63,962 nt of DNA. Source: Aplysia californica (lineage: Eukaryota). Numbering within the stretch: position 1 is the first letter of the stretch; each line of letters opens with the position of its first letter. A program made the translations under genes and the position numbers. The notes under the pieces were generated by a model that worked only from the letters and a program-made list of their open reading frames with translations, made no database searches and had not been told where the DNA came from. Where the stretch lies: positions 618,939-682,900 of the forward strand of contig NW_004797546.1 in NCBI RefSeq assembly GCF_000002075.1, read 5' to 3'. Below are positions 1 through 12,739 of the stretch, piece after piece.

Positions 1-7
1 GACAGAC

Positions 8-89
<82 letters not shown>
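1..89. repeat. (GATA)n tetranucleotide microsatellite, truncated by the window edge
   Basis: Direct reading: GACAGACA followed by about 20 GATA units. Confidence 0.98.
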
Positions 90-90
<1 letters not shown>

Positions 91-1057
91 GTGGGGAGGA
101 TGGGGGCCTTTAGATATACAGTCAAACCTCGTTGTACCGCTTCCTGTTGTACTGCCAGCCCAGCTTACCGTCAGGTTTTACCAATGTACGAAACGGGTCG
201 CGTATTAAAACATAGCTTGCGCCTATACACTGCCATCCGCCACCTGCCATCCACCAACTGTCTGCGTTGTACGGTCCTCGTCATACATGTATGAATGTAA
301 ATTTGCCCCGCTCTACCGCCAGCGAATTGGCTGCCAGAGGTACACACTTCACACGACGCCCGGCACTCACTTGGTGGCTGATTGATAATCTCTGTCTTAC
401 CGACGTCTCTGCGAGTTCGATCTATTTCTCGCATAAAATTTTTCACCGATTTGATCCTGATTTACACTGATTGTGAAAATACTACTAGTTTTAGGCTTTT
501 ATCAATATTTCATTTAGAAATTGGAAATGAATCTTAAAACCGCCTGGAGAAACTTCAAGGTAAGTGCACCACCTCGGCCTGTCGGTAAAATATCTGGATT
601 TGCCAGATATCAGCTGGCGGGCACCCGTGAGCATTTTATATTGTGAGGACTCACAATGCTGCTTGAAAGGTCTGAAGCGACCCGAGGACGAAGGGAAAAA
701 ATACATCTACAGGGCCATTGACACATATAATAGCCTAGCTTCTGATTCCGTAGACATTTTTAATTTGAATTTACACAAAGTTCAGCGTGAGCTGTACATG
801 AAGTTGGTTGCTATTCGTTTTTCCCCAGTGCAAAGCAATCGCACCTGACAGATTTATCATCTAGATGAGTCCAAGACTGGCCACAATTTGTATCTAGTCT
901 CTTTCACTATTCAAGATGACTATCGGTGTTATTTCGGGATGGGACACATAATAAACTATAATTAGAAGAAATAGGTCTACGTACGTGACGTTGTTATACC
1001 GCCAGCCTCGCTGTACAGCCAGCTTCAAGCTCGTCTCAATGTAGGTAGTGCAACGGG

Positions 1058-1325
1058 GTTTAGTTAGTTTTAGTAAGGTTTTTAGTGCGCTCTCAACTGC
1101 ATAAGATCATATGAGCGTCAAGGGGTGGAGGTCAATAGAGAAGTCCAAACGGGGAATCAGGCTTATTCTGCTCACCTCTCTAGCCTCAACAGCACGAAGT
1201 TTGCTTCGTCTATCAAGGCACCCCGGAAATAGCAGTTCACAAGAGAACAACAAACATACAAAAGAAGTAAGGTAAAAATGACGATAGTAAGGATGAGGAA
1301 AGAAGAAGCAGCTGTTCCCCCAATA
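1058..1325 (-). mobile_element. 3'-end fragment of a non-LTR retroelement (LINE/SINE tail), copy 1
   Basis: Similar to 12226-12410 and 61834-62018. The minus strand ends in a GACGCTC..GAGAGCGC stem-loop and an (AAACT)n-like tail, resembling I/Nimb-type 3' ends. Confidence 0.65.
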
Positions 1326-1479
1326 TGTTGTTCCGGCACAATATGAGCATGACATTGATAAATCAGCTCATACAATTCTACTGGGCATAAGAACATGTTA
1401 ATATACCCCCTTTGGGAATGGCCTAAAGACAACTTCAGCCCGTAGCACTGCCCTGGGGGGGGGGGCATTGGGGTTTGAT

Positions 1480-1482
<3 letters not shown>

Positions 1483-1527
<45 letters not shown>
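1483..1527. repeat. (AG)n microsatellite
   Basis: Direct reading. Confidence 0.97.
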
Positions 1528-1531
<4 letters not shown>

Positions 1532-1642
1532 AGCAGTTTTTAGAAAAAGGATGAAGGTGGAATAGATAAGAAAGTAGGACAAACAACAATCTAAAGACAT
1601 GTACATGTATTACGCTGACACCGATTTGTCATTTTTGACCAT

Positions 1643-1663
1643 ATCATCGTCATCATCATCATT

Positions 1664-1716
<53 letters not shown>

Positions 1717-1724
1717 TATCATCA
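1643..1724. repeat. (ATC)n microsatellite
   Basis: Direct reading, a few interruptions. Confidence 0.96.
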
Positions 1725-2867
1725 AACGCCAGATCTGAAATAGACTTCAGCAACCATAGTTCCTAATTCATTTTTCTACCTGGATGCTCTAAAAAAAATC
1801 TGATTACCCTCGTCTTACCGCGTCATTCGTCTTTAAAAGTTTTCCAATCAGGTTGTTCCTTGTCTACGCCCTTGTCTTGTTTGCTTTCAACTATTGTTTT
1901 TCTTTTTCAGTGACAACAAGATGTTCAAGAATACAAATTGTCGGTTCATGTGTCCCACAAACTGCGTTTTGTCTCTTACTAATTGCTTTAAAGAGTGAGT
2001 GGCTAACTTGGATTTCAGTACAATTCAATTGAGTTCTTTTCCTTCCTTGGAATTTTTGACAGCCTTATAAGAAAACACTATTTATAAGACCCATCAGTTG
2101 CTTGTACTGGTATATCTTATTTTCGCTGTTATAATGCTATAACTTTCTGATATTCACAGCCGTATAGAGCACACATTATCGCTATTAATTTAGACAACCC
2201 CCCCCCCCAAAAAAAAACCCCAAAAAAATCACCCCCACCCCCCCAAATCAGTCTCAATAGCCTCAGGCCTCATATAGTCATGGTCACATAATACTTATTC
2301 CAGCCTGTCATTCACCCTCGAGTAGGTAGATCTACACCAAGGAGATTAAAAGTAAGTAAATGAACTCCTTGATCTACACATATTTTATTTATAGTGCCTA
2401 TTATTTCGCCTTCAAACTTAAAGACCTGAAAAAGAAACATTGAACCTCAAACAAAACAAAACTCATGGGGGGGGGGGGGTACTACTAACAATAAAATGCC
2501 ATGTAGGCAAAGATTCTCTACTGGTATACACCATCTTTGATGCAGGCCTATATAATTGGCATTTATCTTCGCAGCTCTGTTCAAAGAAAGTCACCGGGCG
2601 GAGAAAAAGAAATTCACAGCAAAACACCGAAAAGAAAATAAGACGAACACTTCAATTGGGCTGCGGACTTATTTTTATGCAAGCTTTTCAAAGATTCAAT
2701 CTTTTTAAATCAAAATCAACACAAAATGGCTTAAATAATGCCAAAATTATGTTTTTGTTATTACAAAATGGTCAAATAATTTTTTAAACTAGCAATTTTA
2801 ATGTTTCATATTTTTAGCTAATCACATTTTAAGTAGTTTTCAGTTTGTGATCAATATTGATAACGCG

Positions 2868-2880
2868 GTTGCCTAGTGAT
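2868..2880 (+). promoter_or_regulatory. RFX X-box-like site in the probable MEIG1 promoter/first-exon region
   Basis: GTTGCCTAGTGAT matches GTTGCCTAGCAAC at 10/13. Consensus donors GTAAGT follow at 2918 and 3086. The MEIG1 coding exon starts with an acceptor at 7060, so an upstream non-coding exon is required. Confidence 0.45.
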
Positions 2881-5800
2881 TCGCATAACTTTTTCTACAA
2901 TTTCCTGTCCGTTTGGCGTAAGTATTGCAATGGTTTCTATTTCTCAGCCACACTCAGTGTTATATCATTTACTTTGTTTGTTACAACTCTCACACGGTGT
3001 TTAGACAATGAAATGAAATTTTGACTTTGTTTGTTTATTTGGGAATTTTGTTGTTTGTGACAATCTGAAAGGAATAGTTCGTGTGGTAAGTTAACGGGGG
3101 CAGTTACCAACGGACCAACGCCAACTGCTGATGAATGATTATGCCTATCCTATACTATCGGAGTCACTCCGATTAGTGATTATAGTCTAGATCTAGACTA
3201 GATCTAGTCTTTCAGAGATTTAATTCGAGTTAGGCAGGGGTATATGAGTATAGCTATGATCGTATTTAAGAAAGGAAAGGGTAATATTTATGGTCTTTGT
3301 TGATCTTAGTTGTCTTTTAAAAAATAGGCTACATTTATCCTTAAAACTTAAGCAATCAAACCCAAAATTTAAGCTCCCAAAATGATTGAAGTGAAGGCTG
3401 AAAGAGAATGAACTAACTCATCAATGACTCATACGATACAGATGAGTCCTAGACCCATCCAAAATGACACTAGTACCAATGATTCAGTCGAAACAGCTAT
3501 AATACTTTGTACAATATGAACATATGGCAATGAATTATTTCATTTACTCTTCAGCTTTTGACCTCGGAATTAATTCCTATATTTTGAAGGAATTTTTTCC
3601 ATATCTCGTGAAACAAGTAATGGAGGATACACGCTAAATGGCTAAAACTGTGCCCAAGGAAAGAGTTTATACACATGATTTATCTAACACTTCAAATCGC
3701 TAAGTCAAAATAAAATGTAAATGGATTCGTAGAGATTGCATTAGCAGCAGTGTAATTTGTGATGCTTCATGCACTCTGTACTTACCGGATGCTGGGACTA
3801 TCCACTCGAAGACTGGGCTTCCATCTCATTCACTCGTAGAGTTAAATAATGACTGTTGTGGAAAGATTTCTTGGTTGAAGCCCAAAGTTCATGGACAGTC
3901 TGCTTTAAAAGTTTGTTGAAATCCCAGCAGGGCATCTTGAAAGTTGAGCTGTGTTATATATGTTTTGCTGATCTTGGCCAAAAGCTTTTTTTGTTTAATC
4001 CACAACATGAAAGTTTTGAAATGCTCTCTAGAGTGAGAGAAACGTATTATTGCTTTCTCTCTGACTGAGAAAACGAAACACGTAATTGATGAAAGCCCTT
4101 GAACTGAAGCAGCAGTTGAAGACCATCATGTTATTTATGATGCTCAACAGACGTAAAACAGAAGAATATTATGCTACCCGTCAGACACGTTTTTTTACCT
4201 TTCTTAAAGGCACTATGAAAAAAAGGCTAATATGATGGAACACAAATATCCTGCTGTAGTAATTTGACCTCACGACCCCCCTTTTCCCTCTTCATATTCT
4301 GCTGACATAATTTTTTATGGAAGGGCTTTTCAAATTGATGGGTCATTTTAAAGACCACTGCTATTGTTGCTTGAGTGCTCTTACCCATTCCGTAACCAAT
4401 CTCTTGCCAAGTGCTCAAGCCCTCTACCATAGCCTTACGTAAGTGTATCATATTGACCTTGCCTTACCCAATATACTTTATTAGCAAATGAGAATTTATG
4501 TAGAATCACAACAACACTTTTGTTTGCTCCAATCACATCTTTAGTGTTTGTAGATCTAGGTATCATCAAGGGCCATGCAGGGACTGCAGTAACCTTCTTT
4601 TAGACACTCATTCTTAAAGGAGAGCAAACTTTCATGTTCCATTTTACAATGCAGTTAAGGGTTGCTCTCATCACTTTCATAAGGGAGCCGTGGTCCTTCG
4701 CTATTTTATTTTGAACTTGATGTCCTGATGTAAATTGAGATTTACGTATGAAGAGGTCAAGAGTTTTGTTCTCAGTTCCTTTAAACCCATTACTTTGACA
4801 GGGTAATAGATGCTCCACTTTTGAAATAACCTGTCTGTGTGTGGTATGGTGTAAACTACTGAGCAATAAAAATTCATTTAAAAAACCTTTCATTGAGGAA
4901 TTTCCCACAATGGGTACTGTATATATTCATGTCAATTGTTTAATGGAGTACCCTGAATACACATGACTCTGGATCCACCAGAACAGACAAAAAAAAACTG
5001 ATGTCTTTAGGGTCCTTTACAAGTAATGAAGTTAAAAATTGAGCGTATGCTTCAAGTGAAAATAGTGCTTGAAGACTTTTCTTTATTGATTTTCCTTTTC
5101 TAGTACTCACTTCAAATTTCTACAACTCCGTAAGTATTCCAGCCAACCGAATCTCGCATATATTCTAAGATGGGTTTCTTCAGCCGTTTCCTATTGTTTA
5201 ACGGTGATTTTTTTTTTTTTCTCCATTGTTTAACGGTGATGACATGGGATCAGCTGGGATCAATAAGGGAAATGGCTTTATGAAAAGAAAGTTCTGTTTA
5301 AGGTACCAAAGAATGAAAGTGGAGTCACTAATCTCCCTTTACTAGATTGGTTTTACAAATGATCTGGCTATATGACCCGGGAAACATATCTTAGAATAAA
5401 ATGACCTTCTGAACTTCACATTTTATTATTAAAAAATCTGCCCATCTTTCTTGTTCTGATTTTCACAAAGAGACCTGTCTTCATTTTACATCACTATTCT
5501 TTTTGCTATGGTGTTCATTAGAACTCATCACTTGCTGCATCGGGTGTTTGCTGTGGATTTCAGTTGAGATCTAGGGAAATTGTTATACACTGCTCCTACC
5601 TGTTACCTTATTAGTGAACAATTGAATAATCTGTTGTCTGAGCTGGAAGAAGAAGATGGGTCAGTTCTGGAAACAATTATTTTAGGTTGATTTGAAATCA
5701 GTTTTTCAGCGTCTATTGTGTAACGCTGAGGTGCTTTGCCGTCACACCCACAAGACCCAAGTTGGATTTCTGTGTTTGAAGAATTTGTATTGAGTATCTT

Positions 5801-7062
5801 GGTGTTTCTGTTGGGACTTTGCATCACTCTTTGACCAAGTAGCCCTGACAGTACAGACAGGTCAAAGCCAACCCCCTAAGTGATCCTTGATTTTAAAAAC
5901 AATGACAAGGTTGCGTTACTTCCATGGGTTTTTTTCCTTGTGGTAGTGATAAGATTTTTGAATAGAGGATAGGATGAGATTTGACCAACAAACATAATTA
6001 TGTTACCCCAGAATGTAGAAAGACAGAAAAATAGTCTTTTGTGTATACTTATGGAGGCAGATCACAACAGACTAAGTAATTAATGTATGGCAGTAGGTTT
6101 GAGATGAATGCTTTTCAAGGTTTGTTCAAAGTCAAAAGAAATTTCTTCTATCCATTAGCATTACTACCAAAATACTGTGATTCACCTTTACCTTTCATTA
6201 CACTTATTATAGCTTTTTTTTCCATAATGTATGATGTGATTGTGGTACCTGCTAAATATATCATGCGTCTGAAGTTTTGTTTGTTTCCTGCTAATAATTT
6301 TATTATAATAAATCAATAAAGAGTGCATAAAGTTTAGGCCCGTACTAATTCTTGTATGTCATTCTTGAACAACAGACCTCAAGATCAGGGAATCTGTTGG
6401 CCTATAATAGACCTATTTTTTTACATTTTGGAGGCCAAGAAAATAAAAGAACTTCATTATTGGAATGATTTTAAATAAAATGTAAGGTTTTATGAGCGGC
6501 GATTTAAATTTCTCCTTAGCAACAGAAAATTCCTCATATTTTATATGTATGCCTTCTAGCTGCTAGGGGCATATTGTATTTTGTATAATACTTTTAGATG
6601 ACAGAGTGTTAATTTTATTAAGTAAATGCAGTCAATTTTAAAAGTACATTCATGCTCATTTGAAAATGCTATAGTTGATATATGGAAAAATGTTGTGCAT
6701 AATTTATATTGCTTCTGTCTGGTGAGGTTTACCTAATTCTACATACACTTTTAATCATGAGCAAAGACAAGTTTAGGCTGATTATTGTTGATTGCTACTC
6801 CAACTTTATATGTGGCCAGTCTCAGTTCATGGGTTTATATGAGTCAAGACCGTTCTTCTTCTACAGCTAGAAAATGATAATGTTACTGAGATAATCTTAC
6901 AACTTCAACAGAATAGATATTTGAGTCTGTCTTAAGCCAGCTTTGCCGTAACTTGCTTGTATTGACTATGAAAACAAAATGAACAGGGGCCAAGACTTTT
7001 AAATACTTTAGTTTTAATGTCCTGGTTTTAGAACATAAAATTCCTTTGTTCTGTTTCCAGTA

Positions 7063-8201
7063 ATGGCTGCAGCTGTCAGTATGCCATCAGTAAGTCAACC
7101 AAAGTCCATGAAGCGTCCAACACACTGGAGTGAAGAAGTTGAGGAAGCCTACAGATTTCAGTTGGCTGGATACAGAGATGAAATTGAGTACCGTGAGGTG
7201 CAGAGAACAGATCATGTAAGTGTTTTGTTTTTTTACAATAAAAAACCAGCCTGTAAGTTGTGACAAACTGCAGTCAAGGAGAGACTGCATTCTAAAAGGA
7301 CAGTTGCAGAATTTTATATCTTTATATCATCCCTTTCAACATAGTAAGATTATTTAAGAGGTGAGATCTATTTTAATTTAATGCTCATCTCTGATGATAC
7401 CAAGCCAAAAGGGAATATTGGTGTGAAGTACCCTTGCCAAAGACAAAGAGCTGAGTCTCGTTCGCCCCTCCAACCCACAATCTCACAAATTACAGTGATT
7501 TGTGAATTGATGGGGGAGTTTTTAAAGTTTTTTTCTTCAAAAATGGGTGGAGGCCAAATCATGATTTTATTCTCTTTTGTCTTTAGGGTAGATAAGTATG
7601 ACATCTGTCTTCTTGAATAAAAGAATGAAACTCTTAAAATCCCAGTGCACACTTTGTGAATGTTCAAGATACTTTAGGAAAGAACATAAGAACAGACCTA
7701 TTGTTTGGGTTGGCTGTCGTGCTTCAATTTAAATTAATACCTCAGGAATAATAGGATAAACATGAAATTTAATGTTATAACATTCCATTTATTTGAATCT
7801 TTGGATACATCATTGAATGTTATACCATATTATGGTGGATCACGTTATGTATTTCCATACCTCATGAAAGGATAATTTAAGAAAAGCTTGATAATTTGGC
7901 GGAGCTGATGCAAACGCAGAAAAGCAGAATGTCATTCTTGAGTCTTGAGTGTCATGTCATTCTTGAGTCTTGAGTGTCATATTTTGATTTTAAAGTTTCA
8001 GTCTTATGAACGTTTTATGTTATTTCAAAATGCTATGGCACTCTTATCTCAAGCCATACTACGTCATTTCAGATCGACAGATGGCCTCACAATGGATTTG
8101 TAAAGAAACTGGTGCGCCGGGATGGATGCTTCTATTACTACAACAAAACAAGAGAGTGCCCAGATAAACAAATTAACAAAACAAAGTTGTACGCATATTG
8201 A
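7063..8201 (+). CDS. MEIG1: Meiosis-expressed gene 1 protein homolog (93 aa); coding exons 7063-7215 and 8073-8201
   Basis: Spliced product: [93 protein letters not shown]. It has the MEIG1 signatures YRFQxAGYRDExEY, RWP..G.VKKL and FYYYNK.REC. The intron is phase 0, GT-AG (GTAAGT 7216, TTTCAG 8072). Confidence 0.95.
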
Positions 8202-10397
8202 TGCAATCAACCCTCTAGTCTGTAAATCAAAAGCCTTTGTTCACATTTTTTGCCCCTAAAAAGCCTGTCCAGGAGTTGCTCCCTTGTGAGAGATGTTTCT
8301 GCTTATAGCTATGTCCGCATGCCTGTTTGCATATTTTTTCCTTTATACTCATGAAAGTCTCTTCAGTTTCCTGTTTCTGATTTTCAAAAAAGTGGAGGAG
8401 TTGAAGCGCTTCGAGTTTGATTCTGATTGGTCTTTGTGGACAGATGTCGGGGAACCGATTTTCAAATACTTGTATACGAGTTTCAACAGACTTTGGAATC
8501 ATATAGAATCTTATGTCAAGTGATTTTTTTTCTCTATGACATTGTTTTTGCCAAAAGAATGGGGAGTAAGGATATGTATACCGTATGAAAAGAAATTCAG
8601 CTATGACCAATATTTAGCAGCTTGACTTGTGTAACATTACATACCATATGTCCTTTTGGTGTGAAGTTAACAAGTGTGGAATAACATATTTTAAGGGAAC
8701 TCCATCCCAATCTCTGTTTCTGTCCTCTTCTTTTTGAGTGAAGTGCCCCTTGTGGTTTTAAACTTTCATTGTCTGTGAGTGATCTCCCATCGATGATTGA
8801 ATGCCCTAACATTTTTTTCACGTTATCACATTTTAGATGTTCCTTTATAAAGTGGAGAAATAGAGTTGGAATTCTCAGAGTGCCACTATTGAGGGTATAT
8901 GAGATTGACAGAGTTATGGAGTGACCCAGACGGTCATAAAGGGAAAGGAAAAGGGGACAAAAGGGTAATTCTATCTCACTTGTGTGTGAGGTACTTACTG
9001 TTTGCTCCTTTGAGTACAAATCTGAGTGTGTTTGTCTGCGAGTATGTGGGTGGAGGTGTGCCTGACAAATACTTGATTCCTTTATGTGGAAAGTAAGAGT
9101 GTGATTGAAAGAGTAAAAGGATATGACAAGGTGCTCATGAACGGGAGTATAAGAAGGATAAAGATGTTTGTGAAAGTTAAAATTGTTATCACATATTTCA
9201 AGAATTTCTTGCTATAGTTATGTTCAACTGAGAGCATTTATGAGCATCTTGTTTGGTGACGGGATGAGTATTTTGGAATCTCGTTTTAGAGTCTGCTTTT
9301 TACACAAATAAATTTGGATTGAAATTTTTATATTTTTTATAGTTTGTTCATAGTGTAGTGTCCATCTCGTCTCAGTACTATTGTTGTTGTTGTTGTCATA
9401 GATAAGAGGTTTATTAATATTAGACACAGCTACTCTGAGCCATTCTCTTCAACATAAATCAAAGTCAATGACTTCCTTTCTAAAACAAATAATGATTGTG
9501 GAAGAAAACTCATGGGGCGAGCAGACAGTAGGAGATCTTCAAAGAAAGAACCCACTTAAAGCAGGTGTTTCTGCCCTAACTACTTGACACTCTAAGGAGG
9601 CGGGGCCTCAATTAAGTCATGACTCCCAAGTGCTCACCTGTCGCTTTCTTTTTTCTTGGCAAAGTCAATGGTCCAGGATCGAACCCTAATGGTTAGGGGG
9701 GAATATCCAGTTAGACTTTTTGGGGAGTTCCCCACCTGTTTTCTGTTCTATTTTTTTTTAATGCCCAGTTTTAATTCCGTTCCATCCCCAGCTAGGTCAA
9801 ATTTTTTAATGCCAATTCTGAAATGCACTTGATGGCTGCCCTTTAAAAAAATGAATGTTCATGACTTGACTGGGTAGTTGAGAGATGCAACTAGCAACTG
9901 ACTGGTAGATTCCACGTCATCACTTTTCTGTCAACGCATCTTTCTTTTCCCTATCACTAAAAGACCTTTACTGCATTGATTTGCTTCCCTTTCCTCAAGT
10001 GAAATTTCTGAATGTGTAACAAAGTTACCACACTTGTTTTCCAAGTCAACTCAAGAACTGGATATTGCATTTTAAAATAAAATAAATAAAGCAATATTGG
10101 AACAGAATGCACATTATCTGTTTTGTGGAAGTCGGAAGACTTGTCTCGCATATTAAGATATTATTTGACATCGAAAACTCATCAAGAACTACTGTGAATT
10201 CATCACAACTATATGATATCAGTGCATCAGTTAACTTTGACAAGTCACATCGCATCCTCCATTCACCACCTATTGAAATGTGAAACGGTAAATAATATAT
10301 GTTTAATGCTCCTATCAACACTATGGAGTCAATTGTGAGGCGGAACCTCCGAGTTAAACGTCCTCTGAAAAAAAACAAGCTAAATGGAAAATTCATG

Positions 10398-10460
10398 TAA
10401 AATGCCTTTCCCAAGGGCACAACGTCGGACCGAAGTGAGGCTTAAACCCCTTTATGACCA
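10398..10460 (-). mobile_element. Degenerate tRNA-derived SINE fragment
   Basis: AAATGCCTTTCCCAAGGGCACAAC plus a B-box-like remnant, resembling the antisense of a common SINE head/core. Similar remnants near 54470-54590 and 59200-59345. Confidence 0.4.
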
Positions 10461-11072
10461 TAACAAAATTTGCAACAACAGTTTCCTTCAGTTTTCTCAC
10501 AGGCATTTTAATAGCACTGACCATCATAAAGCATGAACTCAAAGACAAAATGGCCACCTTTTTCATGAGCATGAAAGTGATACCAGTACTGTGCAAAGTT
10601 AGAACTGGTGCAGCATAATATTATGGAATCAAAGGGAGGAATGCTGCAGATGAGGTTCAAAATCATTGAATGGATGCATTCTATGGTATATGAACACGTT
10701 GGTTGTTGTATAGCTTTCTTTTACTTAACATTGCACTGTGTTGCATACGACAACTATCCATGCAAAAGAGAAAAGAGATACACCAAGCACCAATCATTGG
10801 AAAGAAACTTCATGATCCTGAAGTTTTCTTTGTAAGATAAGGATTGAAAACTGAAATCAAATAATTAGACCTAAATTTCAATCCACAGAAATGACTTCTT
10901 TTTAACTCTTTTCTGATTAGACCATTCCCCTAAGCTTTCAATATTTTCTAACACCTGAGTACCAGAACCAGTGCGAATAATTCTTTTCTTCCTAATTAAC
11001 CAAAATCTGCGTTACCTTTAAGCCGACTTTCAGACAATGACTCATATACATACATGCGAGTGGTTGTACATA

Positions 11073-11667
11073 CAGTAGATTCTGTTCAACAAGAGCCTGT
11101 TTGACATGAAATTCCTGTTAATACAAAAGGATTACAAATCCCAGTTTTTTTTCCCTCTCTTTATTTTATGCATTATATCTTCCCATAACAGGGTAAAAAA
11201 TTACAGCAGAATTGGATACCATGAATTCATTTTGGGCAGTTTCATCATATCTCCCAGCAGCCTATCCCTCTTTCCTTTTTTTTCTGTACTGACAACAGTA
11301 GCCTACCTTTGTCAAAATATGTCACACAACATGTGTCTTGATTGTGTCTTTTGTTATTTGTTTTAAAACTGAATAGTAGCTTGGAATATCATGAAGTACA
11401 CACCTACAACCTCTATTGAACCCCATTCTGTGCAGCCAAGACAACCATCTGAGGCTGAAAATTAGGTTTTCCTTTTTTCAAGTTCCAAAAATTGGCAAAT
11501 CTGCATGTGTCATATATAACTAAAAATATATTACACAGGCAACAAACATTCAGAAAGGGGTCGCCTCCCCTTTTTTGATATACATCAGCACTCTACCTAA
11601 AACAAAATCTTTTTGACATGATCATATTTTTCAGTTCAATGAAGTTCATGTTATCAAGGTTTTACTG
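11073..11667. mobile_element. Old pogo/Tigger-like MITE
   Basis: TA|CAGTAGATTCTG ... GGTTTTACTG|TA: imperfect TIRs and a TA target duplication. Confidence 0.45.
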
Positions 11668-12225
11668 TAATTTCATGTAATAATGTTACTACAGAAGTAA
11701 ATGCTACATAAACTCTGAGTATGAATCAGGTTCAAGAAAGAACATACAAAACCTATCAACAGTGACTCAACTTAAAACAAAAAAGCTACATCATTGAGGA
11801 AAACTATAATATTATTTGAAAACTAATAATTCAAGATAATTACTGAGTAATGAAATCATACAAAATGTTTTCTTTATCTTATAATAGATTTACAATTTGA
11901 GTAAAAGGTATATGTGTATATATATATATGAGTGAAAATAATGGTATAAACCACAGGGTAGTATATAATGAAAAAAAAAAAAAAACAAGCTCCAACCAGA
12001 GGTTACCAGACAAAACAGGAGAGATAAAGATACACACAGAGAAAGAGACAGAGACAGAGGAAAAAAGTGATGCCATTCAAAGAAACACACAAAAAAAAGA
12101 ATATATTCATAGAAATGTCATGTTAATGATTCTTGAGTAATTAATATTAATCTTAAATAACAATGGCTTTGAATTGCATCCGATTTAATTTCTACCCAAG
12201 AACTTAAGCAAAAATAGTTTTTTGG

Positions 12226-12410
12226 GGTTTTTTTAGTAGAGGATTTTACGGTGCTCTCAACTACATAAGGTCATATGAGCGCCAGAAGATTTAGAGGTGT
12301 TACAAGAGAGTAACAAACATAAAAAAGATGAAATGGAGATAAGGACGATAGATGTTTGATAGGAAAGAAGAAGCAAACCACACTAGAGCACCCGCCAACC
12401 ACCCACAGCA
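12226..12410 (-). mobile_element. 3'-end fragment of a non-LTR retroelement, copy 2
   Basis: High similarity to 61834-62018 over about 185 bp. Confidence 0.7.
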
Positions 12411-12739
12411 AAAATAGACTGAAGAAATATTCTAATAAACCAAAAAAGCAACATGGCAAAATCTCTACAACATATTTACCCACCCAAGCGTCACTAACAA
12501 ATAACCTGTGGTATCAAGAGAAATTACACGATTTCACCACACAATGTTGAAAAAGGCTTGAAAACAGGCAAATAAAGCAAGCAAAGGCCATATATACATT
12601 TTCAGAAAGTAGACCATGAATAGGAAGTAGAGCTCATTTGTGAAAGAGTAAAAATGTCCTACGATACAAAAACAGAATAAACGAACCAAAACACCAATTC
12701 AAGTTACAGCCAATTAAATCAGCTGAAATACCACAGAAC

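Noticed and set aside
171-446. Minus ORF as exon 1 of DCLRE1C/Artemis (a MEIG1 neighbour in human)
   Set aside because: The translation has no resemblance to the Artemis N-terminus and lacks an HxHxDH motif.
3438-3495. Hammerhead-ribozyme-like words (CAGATGAGTC ... GTCGAAAC), also CTAGATGAGTCC at 861
   Set aside because: The core is not CUGANGA, and no stem II leads directly to GAAA; stems I and III are not supported.
7930-7979. 25-bp perfect tandem duplication (similar short ones near 34152-34212 and 45153-45208)
   Set aside because: Ordinary slippage duplications; not CRISPR-like (no spacers) and the context is eukaryotic.
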